Of a stretch of 64,000 nucleotides of DNA, positions 28,009 to 37,411 are shown in pieces (the stretch's first letter is position 1; each line of letters starts with the position of its first letter). This DNA comes from Oscillospiraceae bacterium (GTDB lineage: Bacteria > Bacillota > Clostridia > Oscillospirales > Oscillospiraceae). The notes below the pieces were generated by a model that was not told the origin of the DNA, did not search any database, and saw nothing but the letters and a program-made list of their open reading frames with translations. The stretch lies in contig JAXJGV010000056.1 of NCBI GenBank assembly GCA_036300205.1, forward strand, positions 7,685 through 71,684, given 5' to 3'. The position numbers and the translations under genes were made by a program.

Positions 28009-29330
28009 TGTTCCCACTTTCCGCCTTGCCTTGAGGATGTCTTCGCCGTCTGGCCGCAGATCTCCGCCAGGCTTTTTCTCAGATTGGCGGAATTGGCCTG
28101 CATACTGTGGTTGGCTTTCGCCAGCGCCCGGGCCCTGCCGACGATCCGGTTTCGCAGCGCGGCGTCGGTAAGGATCTCCCTCAATCCCTGTTCCAGCTGC
28201 TGGGGCTGGGTAATGGTGTAGGCCGCGCCGTTTTCCTTTACGTAATCGATGGAGGCAGCGCCCTCCGGCCCATAAGCGATCAGGCACGGACCGTTCATCA
28301 GAGTTTCCGGGATTTTGGTGGAAATGGAAAACCGAATCCTTTTCCGGATCTCAGAGTCAAAGGATTCTGTATGGATCACCGCCGCGCTTCGCTGCAGGAT
28401 CTGGCGCACTTCCTCCGCCGAGACCGCTCCGTGAAAGCGGATTCCATTTTCCTCTGTCAGCACTTTCAAAATTTCCGGATTCCGCTCTCCGGAGTAAACA
28501 TCCACGAATTTGGGCAACCCCGGCGCATCCATCCCCCGCAGTGTCCGGCCAATGGCCGCCAGCTGCCGGTTTCGCTGCAATCCCAGATTTCCCAGGTAAG
28601 CAACGCCGGACCGTTCCGAAGATTCCGGGGATTCCCATTGTTCCGCCGGGGTAGGCAGGACGCAGCATTGCTTTCCGAACAGCGCTTCGTATTCTTTCTG
28701 CATGGAAGGGCAGATGGTGAACACTGCGCTGGCGTAAGCCATGGTTTTGTGCACCGTTTTCAAAAAGGAACGATGCACGATACGGCCCAACAGACGGCCC
28801 TCGTTTCGGTTATACAGGTAAAAATCGTCCATGCAGGCAACTGCCAGAGGTTTTCCCGCATGCTCCGCGATCTGTCTGGCAATATCATACAGGAATCCAT
28901 AGTCCCCGGAGGCGAAAAAGACGACATCCGGCCCAAAATCCTCCACCCATTTCCACAGCTGCGGCCGATCCCAGCGGCTCCGCTTCCACAGCGCGTTTCG
29001 CAGGGCATAGACAGCCGCCGTGCGTCTGCGCCCATACTGGTATACGGAACGCAGCAGGGCCGCATCCGTGGGGACTGTGGTGCGTTCCGTCCGGATGTCC
29101 GGCTCTTCAAAAATGGTTCCGTAGGTTTGAAAGGGTAAGAGGGACTTTATCGCGTCTACATCCGTGAACCGGTAGTAATTGCGGCAAACGCTGGCGTCCG
29201 ACGGCGCTTCCGAATGGATATAAAACTGTGCGATCTCCTCACAGGCAAAGCCCCGAAAGCAGGCTCTCAGTGTTTTGCCCATGTTAGAGGTTTCACTGAT
29301 GGCATTATGGCTGACAATTAATACTTTCAT
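28005..29330 (-). CDS. Glycosyltransferase (GT-B)
   Basis: MKVLIVS; IHTESFD...SISTKIPE. Confidence 0.8.
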   Translation of the reverse strand: MKVLIVSHNAISETSNMGKTLRACFRGFACEEIAQFYIHSEAPSDASVCRNYYRFTDVDAIKSLLPFQTYGTIFEEPDIRTERTTVPTDAALLRSVYQYGRRRTAAVYALRNALWKRSRWDRPQLWKWVEDFGPDVVFFASGDYGFLYDIARQIAEHAGKPLAVACMDDFYLYNRNEGRLLGRIVHRSFLKTVHKTMAYASAVFTICPSMQKEYEALFGKQCCVLPTPAEQWESPESSERSGVAYLGNLGLQRNRQLAAIGRTLRGMDAPGLPKFVDVYSGERNPEILKVLTEENGIRFHGAVSAEEVRQILQRSAAVIHTESFDSEIRKRIRFSISTKIPETLMNGPCLIAYGPEGAASIDYVKENGAAYTITQPQQLEQGLREILTDAALRNRIVGRARALAKANHSMQANSANLRKSLAEICGQTAKTSSRQGGKWEQ

Positions 29331-30154
29331 GGTTTTAAATAGGAGCTTTCCAGGTCCAGCAGACAAAAATCATGGTGGGTCTTCCGCTGGTCTACCGGCG
29401 GAAGTTCCCGCCAGTTCCCATACAGCCTGGTCAGGTAAGCGTCCGCATTCTCCACGCCGAAGATGGTGATGGTCTCAAAAACATAGGCTTTGGGCGTTCC
29501 GAAAAACGCTCGGGGCATCAGCTCCCGCTCCATCCAGGTGCCCATCATGTTTCCTACCCAGGAACAGGCCTCAAACGCTCTGCTTTGACACATCCGGTCG
29601 ATGGAATGCTGCATCTTTCTTCGGTCCACAATTCGGTTGGGGATGGCACCCAGGAGCAAAACCGCCATATTTTTATAAAAACTGCGTTCCTTTCGAAGCC
29701 CTGTGTACATGGCAAGCAGCAGATTCCGTCTGAATTTGACCGGCGCAAAATGCCGTCTGGCTTCCTCCTCGGAATTTCCCGCCCCGTCCAGCGGAAAAAT
29801 GTCCAGGTAAACGCCCCGCTTTATCCTGCTGCGGGTATTTTCCACCAGGGTGGTCCGTGTGTCATACAGCTTGGAAAATGGGTAAAGAAAATCCGTATCC
29901 TTCGAATACGGCGTCTCGAGAATATACTGGTTCTGCGGGGAGCTGCCCATCAGCGCTTCCAGCCGCATATAATCCTCCCGCGGCATTCCTACATCAATAT
30001 CATCGTCCCAGGGAATGAAGCCGCCATGCCGCGCAGCACCCAGCATCGTTCCGCCCAGGGCATAGTATCGCAGTCCATTCTGAACGCAAAATTCGTGGAA
30101 CCAGGAGAACATGTCCAGAAGAATGGATTTCAGTTTCGCGTCTTGTTCCCTCAT
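29327..30154 (-). CDS. LicD-family phosphotransferase
   Basis: GGTMLGAARHGGFIPWDDDIDV, LDIFPLD. Confidence 0.95.
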   Translation of the reverse strand: MREQDAKLKSILLDMFSWFHEFCVQNGLRYYALGGTMLGAARHGGFIPWDDDIDVGMPREDYMRLEALMGSSPQNQYILETPYSKDTDFLYPFSKLYDTRTTLVENTRSRIKRGVYLDIFPLDGAGNSEEEARRHFAPVKFRRNLLLAMYTGLRKERSFYKNMAVLLLGAIPNRIVDRRKMQHSIDRMCQSRAFEACSWVGNMMGTWMERELMPRAFFGTPKAYVFETITIFGVENADAYLTRLYGNWRELPPVDQRKTHHDFCLLDLESSYLKP

Positions 30155-30158
30155 AGAT

Positions 30159-30950
30159 TTATCCCGCGATTCTTCTTATCCGGTATTTGACCGCTCCCGC
30201 AGCCGCATACTGCACAAAATAAACCGCGCTTTTTCGGACGGACAGTCCCATCAGGGTGCGGTAAATCTGCCAGCGCCATTTCGCCACCGACAGTTTATTG
30301 GAGGCTTTGGACGCATACCGGACACGGTACTCTGCCAGCACCTGGGAGGTTCCCACCGCTTTCAGCCCGTCCCCCAGGAGCTGGACCCACATTGCCAGGT
30401 CCTCATGGTAATATTCCACCGGGAACCGGTAATGCTCCGTCACGTTTCGTCCCAGCAAGGCAGTGGAACAGCTTATCACGCTTTTCACCAGGGTTGCTTC
30501 CAGGTCGGTGTGCTCCGGCACAATGAAATCATGGAACCGCTTTTGGCCGTTTTCATCCACGATGGCATAGGCGCAGTACACGATGTCCGCATTTTCCGCC
30601 TGCGCCAGAACCAGCTGTTTTTCCAGTTTCTCCGGGTACCACACATCGTCGGAATCCAACAGCGCCACATACTGCCCTCTGCACAGGTCCAGGCCCCGGT
30701 TCCGGGTACGGGCCGCGCCCTGGTTCTGCTCGTTTCGGTAGAGGCGGATACGAGCATCCGCCCGGGCCAGAGCTTCCGCGATCTGACATGTGCGGTCCTG
30801 GGAGTGGTCGTCAATAATCACCAATTCCCAGTCTGAGACCGTCTGTGCTATGACGGAGCGGATCGCCTTTTCGATGTATTTTTCCGCGTTATATGCCGGC
30901 ATCAGCACCGATACCAATGGAGAATCCGATTCTGCAGTCTTGTGTTCCAC
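30159..30950 (-). CDS. Glycosyltransferase family 2
   Basis: VSVLMPAYNAEKYI, IIDDHSQD, LDSDD. Confidence 0.95.
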   Translation of the reverse strand: MEHKTAESDSPLVSVLMPAYNAEKYIEKAIRSVIAQTVSDWELVIIDDHSQDRTCQIAEALARADARIRLYRNEQNQGAARTRNRGLDLCRGQYVALLDSDDVWYPEKLEKQLVLAQAENADIVYCAYAIVDENGQKRFHDFIVPEHTDLEATLVKSVISCSTALLGRNVTEHYRFPVEYYHEDLAMWVQLLGDGLKAVGTSQVLAEYRVRYASKASNKLSVAKWRWQIYRTLMGLSVRKSAVYFVQYAAAGAVKYRIRRIAG

Positions 30951-31105
30951 TCTACCATCTCCCGGGAAATTTTTTTATATTATACGAACCCCCATTTTCT
31001 TCGCGCCACCCCAAAAGGATTGATGTTCTTTTGTGTCGAATTTCCTCGAAAAACAGATACCGGCCGCCTGTTTGTCACAGACAGCCGGACTTTCGGGATG
31101 CTGGT

Positions 31106-31463
31106 CTATTGCTCCAATTCTGCTTTGAGTTTTTGCAGAGCCCGCTTTTCAATGCGGGATACATAACTCCGGCTGATTCCTGTAATGTCCGCCACTTCCC
31201 GCTGACGTTTGGGGCTTTGCCCATTCAGGCCATAGCGAAGCAGGATCACCTGACGCTCCTGGTCGGAAAGGCATATGTCAATGGCCCGGCGCAGCTGCTC
31301 CACCAGCTCCCGGGAGGAAACCTGCTCCACCAGGTCGCAGTCCTCCGCAACCACGTCCATCAGCGCCAGCGGCGCGCCGTCGGCGCCTGTTTCAATGTAG
31401 TCAGACAGGGACACATCCTGGGCGCTCTTGCGCTGGGCCCGAAAGTGCATCAGGATCTCATTT
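31106..31463 (-). CDS. sigK: sigK 3' segment (NEILM to stop; regions 3-4)
   Basis: NEILMHFR...QREVA...GISRSYVSRIEKRAL; similarity ends at the AAATG core. Confidence 0.93.
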
Positions 31464-33287
31464 GCTATCCTCCCCCCAACGACTTTTAGAAGCGTTGGAG
31501 GGTTTCCTTTTTCCCAGGCCGCTATTTTCCTCCTCTTGCATCTCATAATCGACATCTGCAAAGGCTTCCAGGGGTTCTTCTTCGCCACTTTCGTCGTCCA
31601 TGTGACCTAACCTGTCATCCATATCGGGGAACTCAATTTCTCCCTCGTCTGCACCAAACAGTACCACATGGGCATTCACACCATCCCAGATCACCTTGCG
31701 GACAACGGTTCTGATCGCTGCTCTTTTTTCCTCGATGGACATATCGTCAATACTGGTACGGAACATGGACAGCATCTGCCGCAGCAGGTCAAACTCAGCA
31801 TCGGTAAGCGAATTGACATTGATCAGGCCTTCCAGCTCATGGATGCGGTTCTCAACATCGCGGTTTACATCGGTCAGTTCTTCAATGCGCTTCAGAACAC
31901 GGGGTTTTGCGATGGAGTCTCCAACCATGCCCAGAGAATCGATCAAGCCATTGATAGTTTTTTCGTTCATCTCATGTTCTACCCGAAGTTCCTCCAGCTG
32001 CCGCTCATACTGTTCCCGTTTGCCGGTGTAGAACTCACGGCTCTTTGCAAGCTGAGAAATGAAGCTGCTGTCATGGTCTGTCAGAGATTTGATTTGCTCA
32101 ATGATTGCTGCGTCTAAGATATTACCGTTGGCATTACGGCGGTTGCAGCGCTCTCGCTTGCTGCGTTCTTTCATCTTGCACACATAGGTATAAATGATCT
32201 CACCAGAAGCAGTTTTGCGCTGGGACAGTTTGGGGTACATCCTTTCGCCGCAGGAGCAATACACCAAACCGGTCAGCAGGGCTTCATTATTCCGGGGCTT
32301 GCGGTATGCCTTGGATTTGTTTCTGTCCAGAGATTCTTGCACCTTGATCCACTGCTTAGAGGGAACGAAACCGGGATGCTTACCAATCGCAATAATCCAC
32401 TCGCTGACCGGAAGTAGTTGTGTTGTTCTTCCCTTTTCCTGGTTCGTGCGGTTGTAGGCCATAATGCCACAACTTCCATCAAATGCTTCCTTGGGGAAGA
32501 AAATCTCCGCTTCCTTTTCTATGAAGTAGTTGTATGCATCTTCGTCTGCAACCATGTAGACCGGGTTCTGTAAGATCGCCTTGATCGCAAAGCGGGTGAA
32601 GTCCTTTCCCTGCTTGGTTTTGATTCGCTGCCGCAGCAGTTCTGCTTCTACAGCAGTCAAAGAATCGGTTTCCATATAGAGGTCAAAAATCATCTTGGGA
32701 ATCTCGATTTCCTCGGGAATCGGGATCAACTTATAAGATTTCCGTTCTTTTCCATCAATGGTGATCTTACTGACGGAACCGGATTTGAATCCGGTGGGTG
32801 TATTGCCACCCAGCCAGCGGCCAGTCTTTGCCAGTTCGTGCATATTGTCCCGGATACGCTCAGCAATAGTTTCACGCTCCAGCTGGGAGAACACAGAGAT
32901 AATAAACATCATGGCTCTGCCCATAGGGGTGCTGGTATCGAACTGCTCCTTGATAGACACAAAGGATACATCCAGCTTGGTCAGTTCATCGATCAGCCCC
33001 GTAAAATCGCTGATATTACGGCTGATTCTGTCCAGACGATAGACTACAATTGCCTTGAATTTGCGCTTACGCACTTCCTCCATCATCCGTTTGAAATCCG
33101 GTCTTTGCAGATTGCCGCCGGAGAAGCCCTCGTCCTCAAAGACAACACAGCGATCCACATATTCTTCGCCAAACATATTGCGGACATACTCTTTGCACAG
33201 TTCCACCTGATTGCCGATACTTTCACCCTTGCCGGTGAACTTGGATTTACGGGAGTATATGGCAATCTGTTCTTCATTTCTATGCAT
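31458..33287 (-). CDS. Large serine recombinase of element 1 (SpoIVCA-like role)
   Basis: IYSRKS, VYRLDRISR, GGNTPTGF, LLTGLVYCSCG; stop TGA spans the att core. Confidence 0.95.
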   Translation of the reverse strand: MHRNEEQIAIYSRKSKFTGKGESIGNQVELCKEYVRNMFGEEYVDRCVVFEDEGFSGGNLQRPDFKRMMEEVRKRKFKAIVVYRLDRISRNISDFTGLIDELTKLDVSFVSIKEQFDTSTPMGRAMMFIISVFSQLERETIAERIRDNMHELAKTGRWLGGNTPTGFKSGSVSKITIDGKERKSYKLIPIPEEIEIPKMIFDLYMETDSLTAVEAELLRQRIKTKQGKDFTRFAIKAILQNPVYMVADEDAYNYFIEKEAEIFFPKEAFDGSCGIMAYNRTNQEKGRTTQLLPVSEWIIAIGKHPGFVPSKQWIKVQESLDRNKSKAYRKPRNNEALLTGLVYCSCGERMYPKLSQRKTASGEIIYTYVCKMKERSKRERCNRRNANGNILDAAIIEQIKSLTDHDSSFISQLAKSREFYTGKREQYERQLEELRVEHEMNEKTINGLIDSLGMVGDSIAKPRVLKRIEELTDVNRDVENRIHELEGLINVNSLTDAEFDLLRQMLSMFRTSIDDMSIEEKRAAIRTVVRKVIWDGVNAHVVLFGADEGEIEFPDMDDRLGHMDDESGEEEPLEAFADVDYEMQEEENSGLGKRKPSNASKSRWGEDSK

Positions 33288-33363
33288 TTCTTTTTCCTCC
33301 CTCTTTATATGTGATGTTATTTATGCTATTATATCACAGCGTATCTAATATGTAAACAGGAGG

Positions 33364-33717
33364 ATGAAAATCATGGCAAGTTTATCCCCAGAAATGGGCG
33401 GCACCTACACTCTAGGTGCGGACGGAATGTACTACCCCGATCTGGAACTCCCGGAAGAAGAAGCGCCCCGGTACGGCAAGTACGGCAGAATGCGCCATAC
33501 TTACCTCCGGGAGCATAAGAAAGCATATTACACCACCCTGCTGTTTGATGGCAAACTGGTGGCCCATCTGAAGGAGATCGACAATGCTACCAATTCAAGA
33601 ACTGAATTGATTATCGAGAAGATGTGTCCCACACGAATAGCAAAATATATCCGGCAAAGCAGGACTTCCATGGGGCATTCGCAAACTGTTGTGTACATAA
33701 TCTCGTTCAAAGTCTGA
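33364..33717 (+). CDS. TnpV-family protein, C-terminus probably replaced
   Basis: GGTY...YYPDL...GKYGRMRHTYLREH...GKLVAHLKEID. Confidence 0.75.
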   Translation: MKIMASLSPEMGGTYTLGADGMYYPDLELPEEEAPRYGKYGRMRHTYLREHKKAYYTTLLFDGKLVAHLKEIDNATNSRTELIIEKMCPTRIAKYIRQSRTSMGHSQTVVYIISFKV

Positions 33718-33730
33718 TACCCATCATCCT

Positions 33731-33783
33731 ATAAAACGGACCTGTGTCAAAAACTTTCATTTTTGGCACAGGTCCGTTTTTAT
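33731..33783. terminator. Bidirectional terminator
   Basis: AAAACGGACCTGTGTCAAAAA...TTTTTGGCACAGGTCCGTTTT between convergent genes. Confidence 0.8.
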
Positions 33784-33784
33784 G

Positions 33785-34393
33785 TCAGTCAATTTGAGTC
33801 GCACAGCGAACCATCAGGCGGTTTTGCCCACCCGCTGTGCAGGTAAACAGGGTCAGCGGATATTCCGAAGGCAGTCTGTCGATCTCATTTTTGTGGAGGA
33901 TCTCGGTCAGCGCCACCGTATAGTGGGTCACGATGCCATTTACGTCCTCAAATTCCACTGCCGTTCCTGCGGCAATGTGGTGCAGCGGCGTAAAGTGACT
34001 CTTGTAATTATGGCCCATAAGGATCATGTTCTCCTCCGGAACAGAGCCGGAATACCGGCAGGGAGCAACCTCCAGAAGTTCATAGCTCCAGCTGCTCAGT
34101 ACCGGCAGTTCCATGCCCAGAGCGGGGATCCGCAGGGTGCCAATCATGGAATAGCCCAAATAGTCCTTCTCTGCCATGGCGGTAGCCGCGGGAACAGTTT
34201 CCGCTTCCGGAGAATCGGTCTGGGGTTCAGAAAGAGAGGGCTGGCTCAGCTTCAGCTGCTGCAGCAAAATGGCAGCATTCTCCCCTGCAATGGCATCCTG
34301 CTTTTCCTGCGTTGTATGCATAAAAAAGGCAGTGAGCACCATGCTGAGGCCCAGTAACACCAAAAGCCATCCCCGTTTTTGGCGATCAGTCAT
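33785..34393 (-). CDS. Sortase
   Basis: N-terminal TM; GHNY, LTLFTC, R. Confidence 0.9.
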   Translation of the reverse strand: MTDRQKRGWLLVLLGLSMVLTAFFMHTTQEKQDAIAGENAAILLQQLKLSQPSLSEPQTDSPEAETVPAATAMAEKDYLGYSMIGTLRIPALGMELPVLSSWSYELLEVAPCRYSGSVPEENMILMGHNYKSHFTPLHHIAAGTAVEFEDVNGIVTHYTVALTEILHKNEIDRLPSEYPLTLFTCTAGGQNRLMVRCATQID

Positions 34394-35000
34394 CGAACTG
34401 CTCCTCTCTTCCCCGGATCACTTCATACAGGCCTGCCAGGGTGATGGCAGATCCCAGGATCATCAGTGAATACCGGGGGATCACACTGTTGCCTGTCTGG
34501 GGAATCACGGAATCAGAAGGCGTTTCTGTTGGGCGGGTGGCCTCGGTTTCCGGTGGGGGATCTTCCTGTTTGGGCTTTGCCTGAATATGATAGATGGTTT
34601 TTTCGTTCAACCGGGTGGGAATATTCAGCAGAAACGGCGCAAATTCTCCCGTTTCCCGGAGGCTGCATACCAGATACAGGCCCTCCTCCAGGGGTGCAAA
34701 GAAGGCCTCTCCCTCTTCCGGTTCCGCAATCTGGCCCCTGATCCGGTTCTGCAGGGCATAGCTCTGCAAATGTTTGGCCTCCTTCTCTGGATCTGAAAAG
34801 GGCGGAGTCTCGGGATATTTCGCAAAGGCTCCGGAAAGTGTTCCGTCTGCACCGGCGACGCGGTACAGGATCACCGGATGCCGGACCTCCTGGATCAGCA
34901 GGCTTCCCGTCTGGGCAGCCGCAGCGGAAACGGGCAGCACCAGCAGCAGAAGAAGAACCAACGTAATCAGCCGGCGGCTACGGTTTACCATGGTTGCCAC
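34386..35000 (-). CDS. Minor/basal pilin (IPQTG)
   Basis: Signal peptide, GLYLV, IPQTG + TM + charged tail. Confidence 0.75.
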   Translation of the reverse strand: MATMVNRSRRLITLVLLLLLVLPVSAAAAQTGSLLIQEVRHPVILYRVAGADGTLSGAFAKYPETPPFSDPEKEAKHLQSYALQNRIRGQIAEPEEGEAFFAPLEEGLYLVCSLRETGEFAPFLLNIPTRLNEKTIYHIQAKPKQEDPPPETEATRPTETPSDSVIPQTGNSVIPRYSLMILGSAITLAGLYEVIRGREEQFDD

Positions 35001-35832
35001 GTCCTTTCCTGGATTTCTTTTTCCTGCTGGGCATCAGAAGCATTGCCAAAAATACCAGCAGCGACAGGCCCACCAATACGACAGGAATAACCACCATCAG
35101 ATCCACTGAGCGGATTTCATTCTTCAGATACAGCTCGGCATGTTCCAGCGCCGATTCCCGGTGGATCCGGGTACCTCGCACCAAAAGGCGGTGGGAATTG
35201 ATGCCATAGGGCGTGCAGGTCATCAGGGTCACATAATCCTCCCCCTCCACCACAGACAGGGTATCATAATCATTGGGCAGCACCACAGAGATCTGATCCA
35301 CCCAGTATTCCAGCGTTTCTCCCAGAACATGGATGTAAAAGGTATCACCGTACTCCAGATTGTCCAGATTGGTAAACAGTTCCGCGCTGGGTAGTCCCCG
35401 GTGGCCGGAAAGGACACAGTGGGTGCTTTCACCGCCAACCGGCAGGGAGCTCCATTCCAGATGGCCGATAGCAACATTCAGCACCTCATCGGAGGTGCTA
35501 TGCCGGATGGGCAGGGTCACACCAATGGCAGGGATCTCCAGATAGCACATGACGCCGGTTTCGGAGTAGAGCTGGTTGCGGTAGCTGTCGCTCATATTGC
35601 GGTAAGCGGCAAACTGCCCCTCCTTCGCCAGTCTGTCGTTGTATTCCCGGGCCGCTTCCAGATTCTGCCGGTTTCGCTCCGCCTGCATCTGATCCACTTC
35701 CTGGGAATATTGCTGAATGGCACGGGTCTGGTGCACAGCGTTGTAATAATTGCTGACAGTGGGATACAGCAGCAAGGACAATCCCAGCAGGAAGATCAGC
35801 GCAAGCAGCGCATTATACAGTTTGCTTTTCAT
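34978..35832 (-). CDS. Class C (pilus) sortase
   Basis: SLPVGGESTHCVLSGHRG, TLMTCTPYGINSHRLLVRG, C-terminal TM. Confidence 0.96.
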   Translation of the reverse strand: MKSKLYNALLALIFLLGLSLLLYPTVSNYYNAVHQTRAIQQYSQEVDQMQAERNRQNLEAAREYNDRLAKEGQFAAYRNMSDSYRNQLYSETGVMCYLEIPAIGVTLPIRHSTSDEVLNVAIGHLEWSSLPVGGESTHCVLSGHRGLPSAELFTNLDNLEYGDTFYIHVLGETLEYWVDQISVVLPNDYDTLSVVEGEDYVTLMTCTPYGINSHRLLVRGTRIHRESALEHAELYLKNEIRSVDLMVVIPVVLVGLSLLVFLAMLLMPSRKKKSRKGRGNHGKP

Positions 35833-35915
35833 GGGACTCTCCTTTCGGCTGTAGTTTGTTTCTGCCGCCCCTCCCTCGCGGAAAGGGGCGGCAGAAAGTT
35901 CTTATGGGGAAGAAA

Positions 35916-37361
35916 TTATGCGACAGTTCTCTTCTTGGTCACCAGCAGGGCAATGGCTGCCAGAACCAGGATACCGCCAGCAACGTAGAACACGGTGGTA
36001 CCCATACCGCCGGTTTCGGGCATTTCCACACCGGGCAGGTTCTGCACGGTGATGTTGTGGGTGTGGTCAGTGCTGCCTTCGGCAGGGCTGATGATGATGG
36101 AAACAGGATCCATCAGAACGTAGGGATCAGGTGCTTGGATTTCTTCCAGGATGTACTCATCTTCGGTATCCAGACCGCTGATACTGAACTTGCCGGTATT
36201 ATCAGTGGTGATCTGTGTCACATCACCGTTGGGATTGACGATATAGTTGTTGGTGTCGGCCTCCCGGTCAAACTTCAGAGTATTATCCTTGTGGCTCAGG
36301 GTAAAGACAGCACCTGCCAGGGGCCGATTGTTCTCATCGACCTTGGTAACATTCAGCTTGAAGGTGTAGGTTGTGGTGATAGCAGGTTCGCTGGTCTCTT
36401 CGCCATGGGTCAGGGTTGCGGAGTTCAGATTGCCGGCACCGGCGATGGTTGCATTGGCCTTCAGCTCGGCAGTGTACTCAATAGTGACGGTATCGCCGTC
36501 CTCCAGCAGTGCGCGGAAGCTGGGGCCAAAGGTCACGGTGAAGCCGTCTGCAGTGGCAGCATAGGTCAGACCATTTTCAGGGATTTCACCGCGGCTGTAG
36601 GTATAGGTGGGGGCGGAGATATCGGTGAAATTGGGCATAGAGTCGGTAACCACATAGGTATCCGTACCAGCTGCGGCAGTGACAACGATCTTGAAGTGGA
36701 CTGCCTGCGCAATCTCTGCTGCGTTGGTGGCGCCCCAGCCGCCATCTGCATTGCTGACATTGCTGTCCTCCTGAACAAACTTCTGGATGGAGGCATTCAT
36801 GGTATTCTTTTCATAGACCTGCACATTATTCGCAGCCAGGGTAAACACAGTATAGTTGGGATCATTTTCCACACGGTCGGAGGCCATGATGTAGTAGCCG
36901 TACTGGTAGCTGTTGGCGGTGGTATAGGTACCACTGGTGGTCAGCTTGGCACTCTGTCCGTCGGGTGCAATGTTATTGGCTTCGGCATATGCCATCACAT
37001 ATTCTGCAAACATCTGTGCATTGGCATCATCGGTTTCGCCGGTGAAGGTAACAGTCTTCAGATAATCGTTGGAGATGGTGAAGAAGCCATCTGCCTTCAG
37101 ATTCTCAGCCTCTGCAAAGGCACCCCATTTTTCATTGGTCACATATACATTTTTGCCGTCAGCAGTCTTTGCGATGTCAAAAATGCGGTAGACACTGTAC
37201 TGGGTACCAGATGCAGAACCTACGATGGTGATGGTGCCCTTATCCTGCAGGGCAGCTGTAGCAACGCCATCATCCGGCGTGGTTGCGGTTACGGTTACAG
37301 CCATGGACAGAATCATGGTCATGGCCAGAACCAGAGTGAGGAGCTTGCGCATGGCTTTCAT
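35916..37361 (-). CDS. Major pilin (SpaH/EbpB-like)
   Basis: Signal peptide, VYEKN pilin motif, YILEEIQAPDPY E-box, MPETGG + TM. Confidence 0.9.
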   Translation of the reverse strand: MKAMRKLLTLVLAMTMILSMAVTVTATTPDDGVATAALQDKGTITIVGSASGTQYSVYRIFDIAKTADGKNVYVTNEKWGAFAEAENLKADGFFTISNDYLKTVTFTGETDDANAQMFAEYVMAYAEANNIAPDGQSAKLTTSGTYTTANSYQYGYYIMASDRVENDPNYTVFTLAANNVQVYEKNTMNASIQKFVQEDSNVSNADGGWGATNAAEIAQAVHFKIVVTAAAGTDTYVVTDSMPNFTDISAPTYTYSRGEIPENGLTYAATADGFTVTFGPSFRALLEDGDTVTIEYTAELKANATIAGAGNLNSATLTHGEETSEPAITTTYTFKLNVTKVDENNRPLAGAVFTLSHKDNTLKFDREADTNNYIVNPNGDVTQITTDNTGKFSISGLDTEDEYILEEIQAPDPYVLMDPVSIIISPAEGSTDHTHNITVQNLPGVEMPETGGMGTTVFYVAGGILVLAAIALLVTKKRTVA

Positions 37362-37411
37362 TGTTTCAGATCCTTTCTTAAATTTCTTTTTCTTTTTTCG
37401 TTATGTGCCAA

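Noticed and set aside
31106..31588. 160-aa ORF as a complete small sigma factor
   Set aside because: The first ~42 residues are an alternative frame of the recombinase gene; sigK similarity begins only at the AAATG core.
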